A stretch of 64,000 nucleotides of DNA, taken from the IMG/VR virus record IMGVR_UViG_3300023109_000011, positions 1-64,000 of that record. The stretch is one strand, 5' to 3'. The DNA is from a virus. Shown here one piece after another: positions 1-7,577 of this stretch. The number at the start of each line of letters is the position of its first letter. Position 1 is the first letter of the stretch. Below the pieces are notes generated by a model. That model made no database searches. It saw nothing but the letters and a program-made list of their open reading frames with translations, and was not told where the DNA came from. The translations under genes were made by a program, and so were the position numbers.

Positions 1-96
1 GTTGGTATTGACGAAGAGGAACGCGAAATATGGCATCCTACTAAAGAAATATACGATGGGATGAAGGAGATGTTTGTCTTCGCTCGAGCTGCATAA
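1..96 (+). CDS. 3' end of a hypothetical protein (partial)
   Basis: Frame 1 is open from base 1 (VGIDEEEREIWHPTKEIYDGMKEMFVFARAA) to TAA at 94-96. Confidence 0.6.
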   Translation, partial: VGIDEEEREIWHPTKEIYDGMKEMFVFARAA

Positions 97-142
97 TATA
101 TCAAAAAGTTATATGGATATAACAAAATGTTCTATCCAGACT

Positions 143-182
143 GAAAAAAAAGGTGTACAACTACGCTTTCATTTGGTATAAT
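143..182 (+). promoter_or_regulatory. sigma70-type phage early promoter
   Basis: A-tract UP element, -35 TGTACA (154-159), 17-bp spacer, extended -10 TGgTATAAT (177-182), 30 bp upstream of ORF 213. Confidence 0.8.
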
Positions 183-212
183 AGTACCATCAAATCAACA
201 AGGATATAAATT

Positions 213-536
213 ATGGAAAACACTTACTGGAACAGCAAAGGTACTCATCAAGCTCTGGCAGACAAGCTACACGCGTTTATCCCAGTTGAGGGTTCTTGCG
301 AAAACAGAAAAGTGGAGCGATTCCGTAAAGCGGCAAACAACTACTACGACATTTTCAACAACGGTGGTTGTAACCGTGGTCGAGCAATCGGCCAAATGTT
401 CCCAGGCGTTATGGCTCACATCAGCGAGCGACATCGCTACCGTGGTCGCCCAGACTGGGAAATGATTCATCGGATGGTAGAACCTAAGATGAACGAAATT
501 ATTCTTGAAACTGCAAAAAAGGTAGGTTTAGTATGA
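213..536 (+). CDS. hypothetical early phage protein (107 aa)
   Basis: ORF with AAGGA RBS directly after the early promoter; ATGA overlap with next gene. Confidence 0.8.
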   Translation: MENTYWNSKGTHQALADKLHAFIPVEGSCENRKVERFRKAANNYYDIFNNGGCNRGRAIGQMFPGVMAHISERHRYRGRPDWEMIHRMVEPKMNEIILETAKKVGLV

Positions 537-946
537 AGGCTGTAATTCAAACGCAAACACTCGAAAACTACGCTTGGCTGGAAGACGGTACCTTGGGTAC
601 TGGCGCCAATGCCTATTGGAAGGCCAAGGGTGGCGATACGTACGTCGTCGAGATGACGATCGAGCAAAGCATGGACGCTGGTTTCTGGGACTCTATAGTT
701 GAGTGCATCGAGGAAAACTCCGACATGTATCAGGACTACGTCCTATGCTCGAGTCTTGTAGACGAGATCGACTTCAAAGAGTCTGATCACGTTGAGCATT
801 GGGAAGCTCCCATCTATGCTACGTTTGATGGTGCGGTTTTGCATTGCACCAAAGCTAATCGGAACTTCATGACCGACGAGTTCGAGGGATATCGAACTTG
901 GGAGCGTGACAGCAACGGATTCATTGAAGTAACGGAGGCAGCGTAA
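533..946 (+). CDS. hypothetical acidic phage protein (137 aa)
   Basis: Translationally coupled ORF (ATGA and TAATG overlaps). Confidence 0.8.
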   Translation: MKAVIQTQTLENYAWLEDGTLGTGANAYWKAKGGDTYVVEMTIEQSMDAGFWDSIVECIEENSDMYQDYVLCSSLVDEIDFKESDHVEHWEAPIYATFDGAVLHCTKANRNFMTDEFEGYRTWERDSNGFIEVTEAA

Positions 947-1143
947 TGGGTACACTTACTATTCACAACATTGATGCTAAATGGCGAGCATTGCAGGCTG
1001 CTGAGTCTTGCATGATGACCATTAAATCAATGAAAGAGGATGCTCTAGATCCTTCTCTATTCGCTTTAATTAGCGATATTAAGATGGACTACCTTGACAT
1101 TAAAGAAGCTCAGGAGGGTTTTGATGAAATCTCGAATCTATGA
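946..1143 (+). CDS. hypothetical protein (65 aa)
   Basis: GGAGG RBS, TAATG overlap with upstream gene. Confidence 0.7.
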   Translation: MGTLTIHNIDAKWRALQAAESCMMTIKSMKEDALDPSLFALISDIKMDYLDIKEAQEGFDEISNL

Positions 1144-1336
1144 CTTTCTTACGTATACTATCATCAGCTGCATAGTTGTTCTTATGGTGTATGCTTTGAC
1201 CTCTTTACCTGACTTACCTCAAGCACGCTTTAGCCATTCAACAGGCGAGTGTGTAGAAGTTATCAACTACGACAAGCGTTTCAATTATACATGCGAAACG
1301 TTACCAAGTCGTTATGAACACGTGTGGGTGCAGTAA
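1124..1336 (+). CDS. small membrane-anchored hypothetical protein
   Basis: GGAGG at 1113-1117 favours ATG 1124; N-terminal hydrophobic helix (LTYTIISCIVVLMVYAL), two further Cys in the C-terminal part. Confidence 0.7.
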   Translation: MKSRIYDFLTYTIISCIVVLMVYALTSLPDLPQARFSHSTGECVEVINYDKRFNYTCETLPSRYEHVWVQ

Positions 1337-1941
1337 TGAATATCTTCGTCACTGACCTATGCCCTAAAAAATCTGCATTGAACCTGTGCGACAAACATAT
1401 ACCTAAAATGATTGTCGAGTCTGCTCAAATGCTTTCAACTGTTCATCGCATGCTCGATGGCGTTCCAGAAAAGCGACGTAGCAAGTCAGGTAAAACTATG
1501 CAAACTTATTATGCTTTCGGGGATGATCGCGACGAAATGTACTATCTTGCGGTACATAAGTTTCATCCCTGTACAACATGGACAAAAGAAAGCAAAGCAA
1601 ACTACGAATGGCACTACGAACATTTCGTCGCAATGGCGGAAGAGTACGAGTATCGTCGTGATAAAAAACATGCGACATTTCAAAAGCTTGGCAAACTACT
1701 AGCCAAGGCTCCAAAAAATATACCGGACATTAGACTCACTGAGTTTGCTCAGGCTATGAGTCATTATCCGGACTGTAAAGTTCCCGGTGATGCTGTAACG
1801 GCTTACCGTAAATACTACCATGCGGCAAAGCCATTTGCTAAGTGGGAGTGGAAACGATCTGCGCCAGATTGGTGGCGTGGATTTCAAGGTTACGAAGGGG
1901 ATCATCCTGATTGGTTCCAACAGAAATCTTTAATTTTATAA
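1336..1941 (+). CDS. pyrimidine-dimer DNA glycosylase / endonuclease V (DenV)-like protein
   Basis: MNIF...DKHIPKMIVESAQMLST, HPCTTW, EYEYR...H, AYRKYY motifs typical of this phage family; start at TAATG overlap. Confidence 0.75.
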   Translation: MNIFVTDLCPKKSALNLCDKHIPKMIVESAQMLSTVHRMLDGVPEKRRSKSGKTMQTYYAFGDDRDEMYYLAVHKFHPCTTWTKESKANYEWHYEHFVAMAEEYEYRRDKKHATFQKLGKLLAKAPKNIPDIRLTEFAQAMSHYPDCKVPGDAVTAYRKYYHAAKPFAKWEWKRSAPDWWRGFQGYEGDHPDWFQQKSLIL

Positions 1942-1969
1942 TTACTATTACAGCAAATAGGAGACTGTT

Positions 1970-2227
1970 ATGTCCAATATCGCTAACCAACTTTATGTTG
2001 ATGCTACAACTGGTGTCATTGATAAAGATGATCTATTAAAGGTCTGCTTGACGAAGCTTCAAGAGCTATCTTCTGACGATCTTTATGAGATGGCGTTAGA
2101 TGAAGGTTTTATTGTTACTAACTACAACGGTTCTACGGAAGAGCGCGTGTATGAGCAAGAAGTCTATAAACACCTAGACGCTACTCAACGCATTATTGAA
2201 AAAATCCTAAACCGCCACGGAGAGTAA
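1970..2227 (+). CDS. hypothetical protein (85 aa)
   Basis: AGGAG RBS, in operon. Confidence 0.75.
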   Translation: MSNIANQLYVDATTGVIDKDDLLKVCLTKLQELSSDDLYEMALDEGFIVTNYNGSTEERVYEQEVYKHLDATQRIIEKILNRHGE

Positions 2228-2228
2228 T

Positions 2229-2423
2229 ATGGAAACTTGGATGTTTTTTATCACCGCTATAGTTTTCACTGGACTGGGTTGGTTCTGGGGTATACTATAC
2301 ACCAAAGAGTCAATTGTCACTATCACTATAGAATCATTAATTACACAAGGCTATCTCAAGCAGATAGGTGAAGAGATGGTAAAGTGGGACGACCCACGAG
2401 TGAAGTGGTCTGATGATTTCTGA
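2229..2423 (+). CDS. small membrane hypothetical protein (64 aa)
   Basis: GGAG RBS; N-terminal hydrophobic helix. Confidence 0.7.
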   Translation: METWMFFITAIVFTGLGWFWGILYTKESIVTITIESLITQGYLKQIGEEMVKWDDPRVKWSDDF

Positions 2424-2619
2424 CTTTACGCTGTTTAACGTTTCAATCATAAATCCTGTTACGTTCGAGACGATCGATCAAGGACAGATGCGTGCTTATC
2501 ATGCGCGTGAATTTATATTCGAGATGGAACAAAAACAAATCCCCACTTTGGTAGAATCCGCAGTGGGGAATGATGATCACGATCTTTCGTTCTTTATGGA
2601 ATATCTTTGCCCGGATTAA
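2413..2619 (+). CDS. hypothetical protein (68 aa)
   Basis: Overlaps upstream ORF; its stop overlaps the convergent transporter stop (TTAA 2616-2619). Confidence 0.65.
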   Translation: MISDFTLFNVSIINPVTFETIDQGQMRAYHAREFIFEMEQKQIPTLVESAVGNDDHDLSFFMEYLCPD

Positions 2620-3581
2620 ACGGGATTGATCACATAATGTATTAGCAATACTAACGCAACAGATGCGCCAAGCCCAACCATCATCTTACCAAAGTCTTTG
2701 GCAACTAATGGGAATACAGACTTAGACTTCTTCTTGCCAAAATACGTAGCCATTGCAAGCTCACGCCCTGCTAACAAACCAACAAATACCCAAGTAGTAC
2801 TCATAGGAATATCATTTACTTCCTTGAATACAAATAAGCATAACCAATAAAATAGATCGATCAGTGTTGCGCTTCGTACATAACGAGTGTTGTGCTTTTC
2901 GAGTACGATCTGTTGAATCTTACCACCACGCTCTCTGAACATGAAGAACATGCCTGATACGAATACGGCAGAGATCATGATCATCAAATCTACAGGAACT
3001 ATGCGTGGTAAAAATACCGCAATATTTGCCATATCGTGTGACAACCAAGTCCACCAGAGGCCACCTGTCGCAAACCATTGAGCTATACGCCAATACTTCT
3101 TATTGTCCTCAGAAACAGGCTGCGTTTCATCGAACCAATGGCCTGCGTACTTTGTGATAGTAAACCATATAGCATAAGCAAATGCAGCTGCTACACCGTA
3201 GCCCATGATTGATTTCATTAGCATTTTTTCTAATACAAAGGTTGAAGCAAATACAGATAAGACCAAGAATGAAGTTGATACAGGTACACCAACTCGAGTT
3301 AAGAATACAAGGATTGCAGGAGCTGCTGCATGATACCATTGTACTTCTTGCCATGGAATTTTATTCAATCTTCCATAACTAATATCACCACCATTTACTG
3401 ACCAACCATACCATAATGTTACAAGTAGAACAGCACTTGCTGCTGCCCATAATGTTTTGTAGTTAAATCTCTCGTTGTTAGATGCCATCCATGTGCCGAG
3501 AGTTTGTACTGAATCATTTGCGATTACAGCGTATGCTGCAAATAGGAACCCAAGTGTGCTCCATAGTGTTAACATTTCCAT
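2616..3581 (-). CDS. PiT/Pho4-family inorganic phosphate transporter-like membrane protein
   Basis: Multiple TM helices; twice-repeated PiT-like signatures IANDSVQTLG...GVPVSTSF and LSHDMANIA...IPMSTTW (cf. GANDxAN / PVSTT); GGAG RBS. Confidence 0.75.
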   Translation of the reverse strand: MEMLTLWSTLGFLFAAYAVIANDSVQTLGTWMASNNERFNYKTLWAAASAVLLVTLWYGWSVNGGDISYGRLNKIPWQEVQWYHAAAPAILVFLTRVGVPVSTSFLVLSVFASTFVLEKMLMKSIMGYGVAAAFAYAIWFTITKYAGHWFDETQPVSEDNKKYWRIAQWFATGGLWWTWLSHDMANIAVFLPRIVPVDLMIMISAVFVSGMFFMFRERGGKIQQIVLEKHNTRYVRSATLIDLFYWLCLFVFKEVNDIPMSTTWVFVGLLAGRELAMATYFGKKKSKSVFPLVAKDFGKMMVGLGASVALVLLIHYVINPV

Positions 3582-3593
3582 GTAACTATCTCC

Positions 3594-4142
3594 TTATATC
3601 TTATACTTTAAATGTGTACCAATAACGGTTTGCTTATAACGATAATCTTCAGTACCACCTCTTTCTACAAAAGGTGAAACACTGAGTTTACCATACTTAA
3701 ACTTGAAACCAAATTGGTCCCTCGAATCAAATTGTGTTTCGTTTTTAAAACTAACACGTGGTTGGATCTTCACCCATAGAGATACGCTATCAGAGATCTT
3801 ACGTTCTGCTGATAGGATAAACCGATAACGCCAATGGGATTCTTTATTGTCGAAGTGACGATACTCGATACGATGGTCGAGCTTGAGGAATTTTGCTTTA
3901 TAGATGTTGTGTGTGAATTTAATGCGATTTTCTATTGTACCATTTAGTTCTGCGAACCGATACATGACATCAATATCTTTAACTTTCTTTCCAAGTTCGG
4001 TATGCCATGTACCTTCTCTATGTCGATACGTGTATGTCCAATCGCCGTTTTGTGCTTTATAGTTATGTTCTGAAATATCTGCTTGGGATACACCTGACCA
4101 CAACAAAACACTTGCCATAAGAGCAAGTAAAACTGTTTTCAT
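3594..4142 (-). CDS. small outer-membrane beta-barrel porin-like protein (DUF2490/KdgM-like)
   Basis: Signal peptide ending SQA-D; alternating amphipathic beta strands; Arg/Lys/His-rich; AAGGAG RBS; 12 bp upstream of the transporter. Confidence 0.65.
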   Translation of the reverse strand: MKTVLLALMASVLLWSGVSQADISEHNYKAQNGDWTYTYRHREGTWHTELGKKVKDIDVMYRFAELNGTIENRIKFTHNIYKAKFLKLDHRIEYRHFDNKESHWRYRFILSAERKISDSVSLWVKIQPRVSFKNETQFDSRDQFGFKFKYGKLSVSPFVERGGTEDYRYKQTVIGTHLKYKI

Positions 4143-4232
4143 TTATTATTCTCCTTTGCTTGATGGCTCTACACCATCGCTCACAAGTACGCAAACGATA
4201 TTGTTTACGCTGGTCTATGTATTACTAAAGGA

Positions 4233-4334
4233 GTGATTTTTGTGTTAAGGTTTGAATAAATTTTTATTAAGGTTTAGTGACAGTATGACACTTTTATGTA
4301 CCAATATGTGTCGACAGAATGCACTTTTATGTAC
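4233..4334 (-). promoter_or_regulatory. Pho-box-like tandem 11-bp array / promoter of the porin-PiT unit
   Basis: Minus strand CTGTCAC-taaa-CCTTAAT-aaaa-ATTTATT-caaa-CCTTAAC-acaa-AAATCAC (exact 11-bp period, 4283-4233), preceded by GGTACAT-AAAA-GTGTCAT; 13-bp GTACATAAAAGTG occurs twice, 33 bp apart. Confidence 0.65.
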
Positions 4335-4368
4335 ATATAAATGTAACATGTACACAGAATACACACAT

Positions 4369-4396
4369 AAAAAAAGGGAGCCCCGAAAGACTCCCT
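4369..4396 (-). terminator. rho-independent terminator after the major capsid gene
   Basis: Minus strand GGGAGTC-TTTCGG-GGCTCCC hairpin followed by T7. Confidence 0.9.
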
Positions 4397-4439
4397 CAAA
4401 ACGTTGGTGGCTAAACCGCCACTCTTATTTTTATTTGGC

Positions 4440-5759
4440 TTAGAACAAGTTAGATACGATAACCTTGCGGTAGTACTTGTTAACACCAGCGTCAAGCCGA
4501 CCGAGTGCTGCTGAGTTACCAGAAGCAACGTGACCTTCAGCGAATGGGTTAGCAACCATGCCGTAACGAGTCTTGAACCCGATTTTTGGCTGGAAGCTGT
4601 TCTCGCCAACTGCACGAACCATTTGGAGCGGTACGTATGGGCAGTAGAAGAGACCTGCGTCGAATGCAGAAGAACCCTTGTATCCAACAACTAAGTAGTT
4701 AGAACCGGCGAATGGATCAACGTAAACGCGGAAGCGACCGTTGAGTACACCAGCGAAGGTGTTACCAGTATCATCAACATCCAAAGTGTTAGAGTTGAGA
4801 GCAGGAGCGTAGTCAAGAACACCAGCCATTTGCAATGCAGAAGCTACGTCTGAAGAACAAATAACGATGTTACCTTTACCACGACGAGTTCCCTTTGCAA
4901 TTGCGTTAGCTTCTTGCTCGATTTGGAACATCAAACCCTTGAACTTCTCTACTGACCAACGGCCGTTAGCATCAACGTCGAGGTCAAAAGTTCCTGGAGT
5001 AGCTGCACTAGCTGCACCAGCTTCAGCAGTCAAGTAGATAGTACGAACTACTTCACGGTTGATTTCAGTCAGGATCTCAGACTGAAGGATGTTAGCCAAC
5101 TCTGACTCAGCGTCAAGGCCGTGAACTGCACGGAGGTCTTGAGCCAATTCAGTAGTGTACTCAGCCTTCAGAGCGCGTGTCTTAGCTGAAACAGTTACTT
5201 TCTCGATAGAGAAGGCCATTTCTGCGTATCCAGCGCCAACACCATCACCAAGAGCTTCAGCAGCTCCGGTATCCAGACCAGTACCTGTAGTAGGTGACGC
5301 GTGTGGAAGTGTTTGAGCGTGAGTGCCTGTACCAGCGTGGCCAGTATCAGCTTCGTTGTAGAATGCTTCTGCACCAGCTTGGCTGTCATATCGAGCGCGC
5401 ATTGCGAAGATAAGGCCAGTTGGTCCAGTCATTGGCTGAACACCACAGATGTCATAAGCAATCATGTTTGGAACTGCACGACGTACCAATGAAATCAGTA
5501 CAGGATCGTAACCAGCAGTTGGACCAGCAGCAGTAGCTAGACCAGAGAAGCCGTCAGCGCCAGCAGCGTTAGTTGGTGATGCTTCTGAAAGAAGGCTTGT
5601 CATGTTAGCTGACAAGTCACCTTCCTGTTGAAGTGCTTTTTCTGTGTTCTCAAGAATAGTAGCAGTTACTGCTCTCTTATGCTTGTCTGTAATTGGTGAA
5701 AAAGAATCGTGACCTAAAATTGGCTCCCACTTTTCCACTAGTCTTTGATAGTTATCCAT
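4440..5759 (-). CDS. gp23: major capsid protein, T4 gp23-like
   Basis: YDPVLISLVRR, GVQPMTGPTGLIFAMR, EMAFSIEK, ALKAEYT.ELAQDL, YCPYVPLQM, FQPKIGFKTRYG motifs. Confidence 0.98.
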   Translation of the reverse strand: MDNYQRLVEKWEPILGHDSFSPITDKHKRAVTATILENTEKALQQEGDLSANMTSLLSEASPTNAAGADGFSGLATAAGPTAGYDPVLISLVRRAVPNMIAYDICGVQPMTGPTGLIFAMRARYDSQAGAEAFYNEADTGHAGTGTHAQTLPHASPTTGTGLDTGAAEALGDGVGAGYAEMAFSIEKVTVSAKTRALKAEYTTELAQDLRAVHGLDAESELANILQSEILTEINREVVRTIYLTAEAGAASAATPGTFDLDVDANGRWSVEKFKGLMFQIEQEANAIAKGTRRGKGNIVICSSDVASALQMAGVLDYAPALNSNTLDVDDTGNTFAGVLNGRFRVYVDPFAGSNYLVVGYKGSSAFDAGLFYCPYVPLQMVRAVGENSFQPKIGFKTRYGMVANPFAEGHVASGNSAALGRLDAGVNKYYRKVIVSNLF

Positions 5760-5814
5760 TTTTGGATCTCCTTATTAGATTAACGTGTTGAGTTATTAAT
5801 ACAAACCAATTTTA

Positions 5815-6792
5815 TTAATTATTCTTTTTCGTGTTGAAAGCTTCAACCAGAGCATTAATAGAAGAGTAATCAGAAGCTGGTTTATTTACTTCCTGTTCTT
5901 CTAGAATAATTTCTTCTTCTTCGATTGCGTCTGCCTTAGGAGCAGTTGGAATACCTTCACCGAAGAATGATTCTTTGATAACCCGTAGGTTATTCGAGTA
6001 ATCTTCTAGATCTTGAACGTCAAGCTTTTCAGAAAGGACCTTAAAACGCTCTTTCTGATTTTCAGAAAGACCTTCAGTCATTCCTTCAAAAACTGATGCA
6101 GCGTTCATAGCTGAAATCTGTCGTTGAAGCTCAATGTTCTCATTTACAAGACTGTTACCTTGTTCTTCTAGATCAGAAACCTGTGCTTCGAGGCTTGATA
6201 CTGCATCGAAAGATTCCTCATCGATTTGGACGTTGTGCTCGCTGAATAGATCCTTAAGACCTGACATCAGAGACTCAGCCATTTCAACCTTGATACCGGC
6301 TTCAATAGCAATTGAATTCTCTTCCATCCACTCACCTACAACGTAGTCCAAGTACTTGTCGACATTCTCAACAACTTCACCCATACGAGTTTCAACAGAC
6401 TCTGCGAGCTGTGAATCAAGTTGAGATTGAAGTTCTTCGCTGAGAGATGCTGTTTTCTTAGCAACTTCTTCGTTAACTGCTGCTTCGAATACGAGAGTCA
6501 TTTTGTCTTTAAAGTCTTCAGAAAGATCCATACCTTCAAAGATGTCAGAGATAGAAGATTCAACTTCTACAACTTCTTCTACCATTTCTGCTTCTGAATC
6601 TACTTCCGCATCTTCAGCTGTAGGAACTCGCTTAGGGTTAGCGTCTTGGCCTGGAGTCTTTACAGAATCTCCTGCGCCTTTGCTATCTTCTTTCTTCTTC
6701 TTTTCGTGACTCTTGTCCTCGCCACCTTCCGGTGTTACAGGCTGAGGTACTTCTGAAATACCATCATCAGCTTTAAATTTGCCGTCTGCCAT
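5815..6792 (-). CDS. gp22: prohead scaffold protein, T4 gp22-like
   Basis: LSEDFK.K..LVFEAAV, VDKYLDYVV.EWMEEN motifs; very acidic; between gp21 and gp23. Confidence 0.93.
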   Translation of the reverse strand: MADGKFKADDGISEVPQPVTPEGGEDKSHEKKKKEDSKGAGDSVKTPGQDANPKRVPTAEDAEVDSEAEMVEEVVEVESSISDIFEGMDLSEDFKDKMTLVFEAAVNEEVAKKTASLSEELQSQLDSQLAESVETRMGEVVENVDKYLDYVVGEWMEENSIAIEAGIKVEMAESLMSGLKDLFSEHNVQIDEESFDAVSSLEAQVSDLEEQGNSLVNENIELQRQISAMNAASVFEGMTEGLSENQKERFKVLSEKLDVQDLEDYSNNLRVIKESFFGEGIPTAPKADAIEEEEIILEEQEVNKPASDYSSINALVEAFNTKKNN

Positions 6793-6844
6793 AATTATTC
6801 TCCTTTGAATGTATTTTAATACAAAATCTATTTAGACTGTAAAC

Positions 6845-6852
6845 TATTTATA
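6845..6852 (-). promoter_or_regulatory. T4-type late promoter TATAAATA upstream of gp22
   Basis: Exact gp55 consensus in the intergenic gap. Confidence 0.85.
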
Positions 6853-6857
6853 AAAAG

Positions 6858-7541
6858 TTAACTTCTTAAAGAACGAACGAATGCTTGGAACATTCTTCCT
6901 GCCGTTTCTTCATCAATTGTTCGCACTACACGAGTGATTTTCTTTTCGACTTCTTCTACAATTTCTTCAATAACCTGTGCAACTTCAGCAGGTCTCCAAG
7001 ATGCAGATGCGATATCGTAGTAATACTCTCTGTTTTCCATTATTCCGTTAACGAAAGCATTGGGAGCGGATGGATCGGTTACGATATCGACTGTTGCCAA
7101 ATGGAAATCCTTTTGAACTTCCATAACACCATTCTTCTCTTTAACTGATCCTAGACCTCTAGTTGAAACACCAATTTTGACTCCTTCATCAAGCAAACAC
7201 TTGACGATTTCACCCATTGGAGTACTTAAGATTTTGGCCTTCCCATAAAAGTCACTGCCTTCACGCCTCATGCCAGTAATCAAGTGAGATACTCGATCTC
7301 CGTTAATAGCCGGACCATCAGGATGGCCAAGCTCACCTAATGCTCGCTTAGGGTCAATGAATTCTTTTTGATACCGAGCCATCTCTTTATCGAGTGTTTC
7401 GGCGGGGTAAATACGTCCATTGCGATTCTTAACATCTCCTTGCATAAAGATGCCTTCGATAAAGTAGCTCTTCTTACCAGACTCTTCGTTGGCTTCTGTG
7501 ATTACTTCGCAACTTTCGTTAATTTCAGTAATTAGTTTCAT
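6858..7541 (-). CDS. gp21: prohead protease, T4 gp21-like
   Basis: MKLITE, IEGIFMQ, NRNGRIYP, ALGELGHP, GVSTRGLGS, DIVTDPSAPNAFV. Confidence 0.97.
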   Translation of the reverse strand: MKLITEINESCEVITEANEESGKKSYFIEGIFMQGDVKNRNGRIYPAETLDKEMARYQKEFIDPKRALGELGHPDGPAINGDRVSHLITGMRREGSDFYGKAKILSTPMGEIVKCLLDEGVKIGVSTRGLGSVKEKNGVMEVQKDFHLATVDIVTDPSAPNAFVNGIMENREYYYDIASASWRPAEVAQVIEEIVEEVEKKITRVVRTIDEETAGRMFQAFVRSLRS

Positions 7542-7566
7542 TGTTATACCTTTAGCAATTTGAAAT

Positions 7567-7574
7567 TATTTATT
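7567..7574 (-). promoter_or_regulatory. late promoter variant AATAAATA upstream of gp21
   Basis: One mismatch to TATAAATA; the same variant recurs at 11281-11288, 25806-25813, 32420-32427 and 56590-56597 at gene boundaries. Confidence 0.6.
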
Positions 7575-7577
7575 AAA

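Noticed and set aside
4150-4185. Fluoride (crcB) riboswitch, suggested by GCGATGGTGT
   Set aside because: The downstream pseudoknot strand and conserved 3' motif are missing and the RBS follows immediately
4252-4690. ORFs 4252..4443 (+) and 4274..4690 (-)
   Set aside because: They overlap the gp23 3' end, terminator and Pho-box-like array and have no RBS or recognisable motifs
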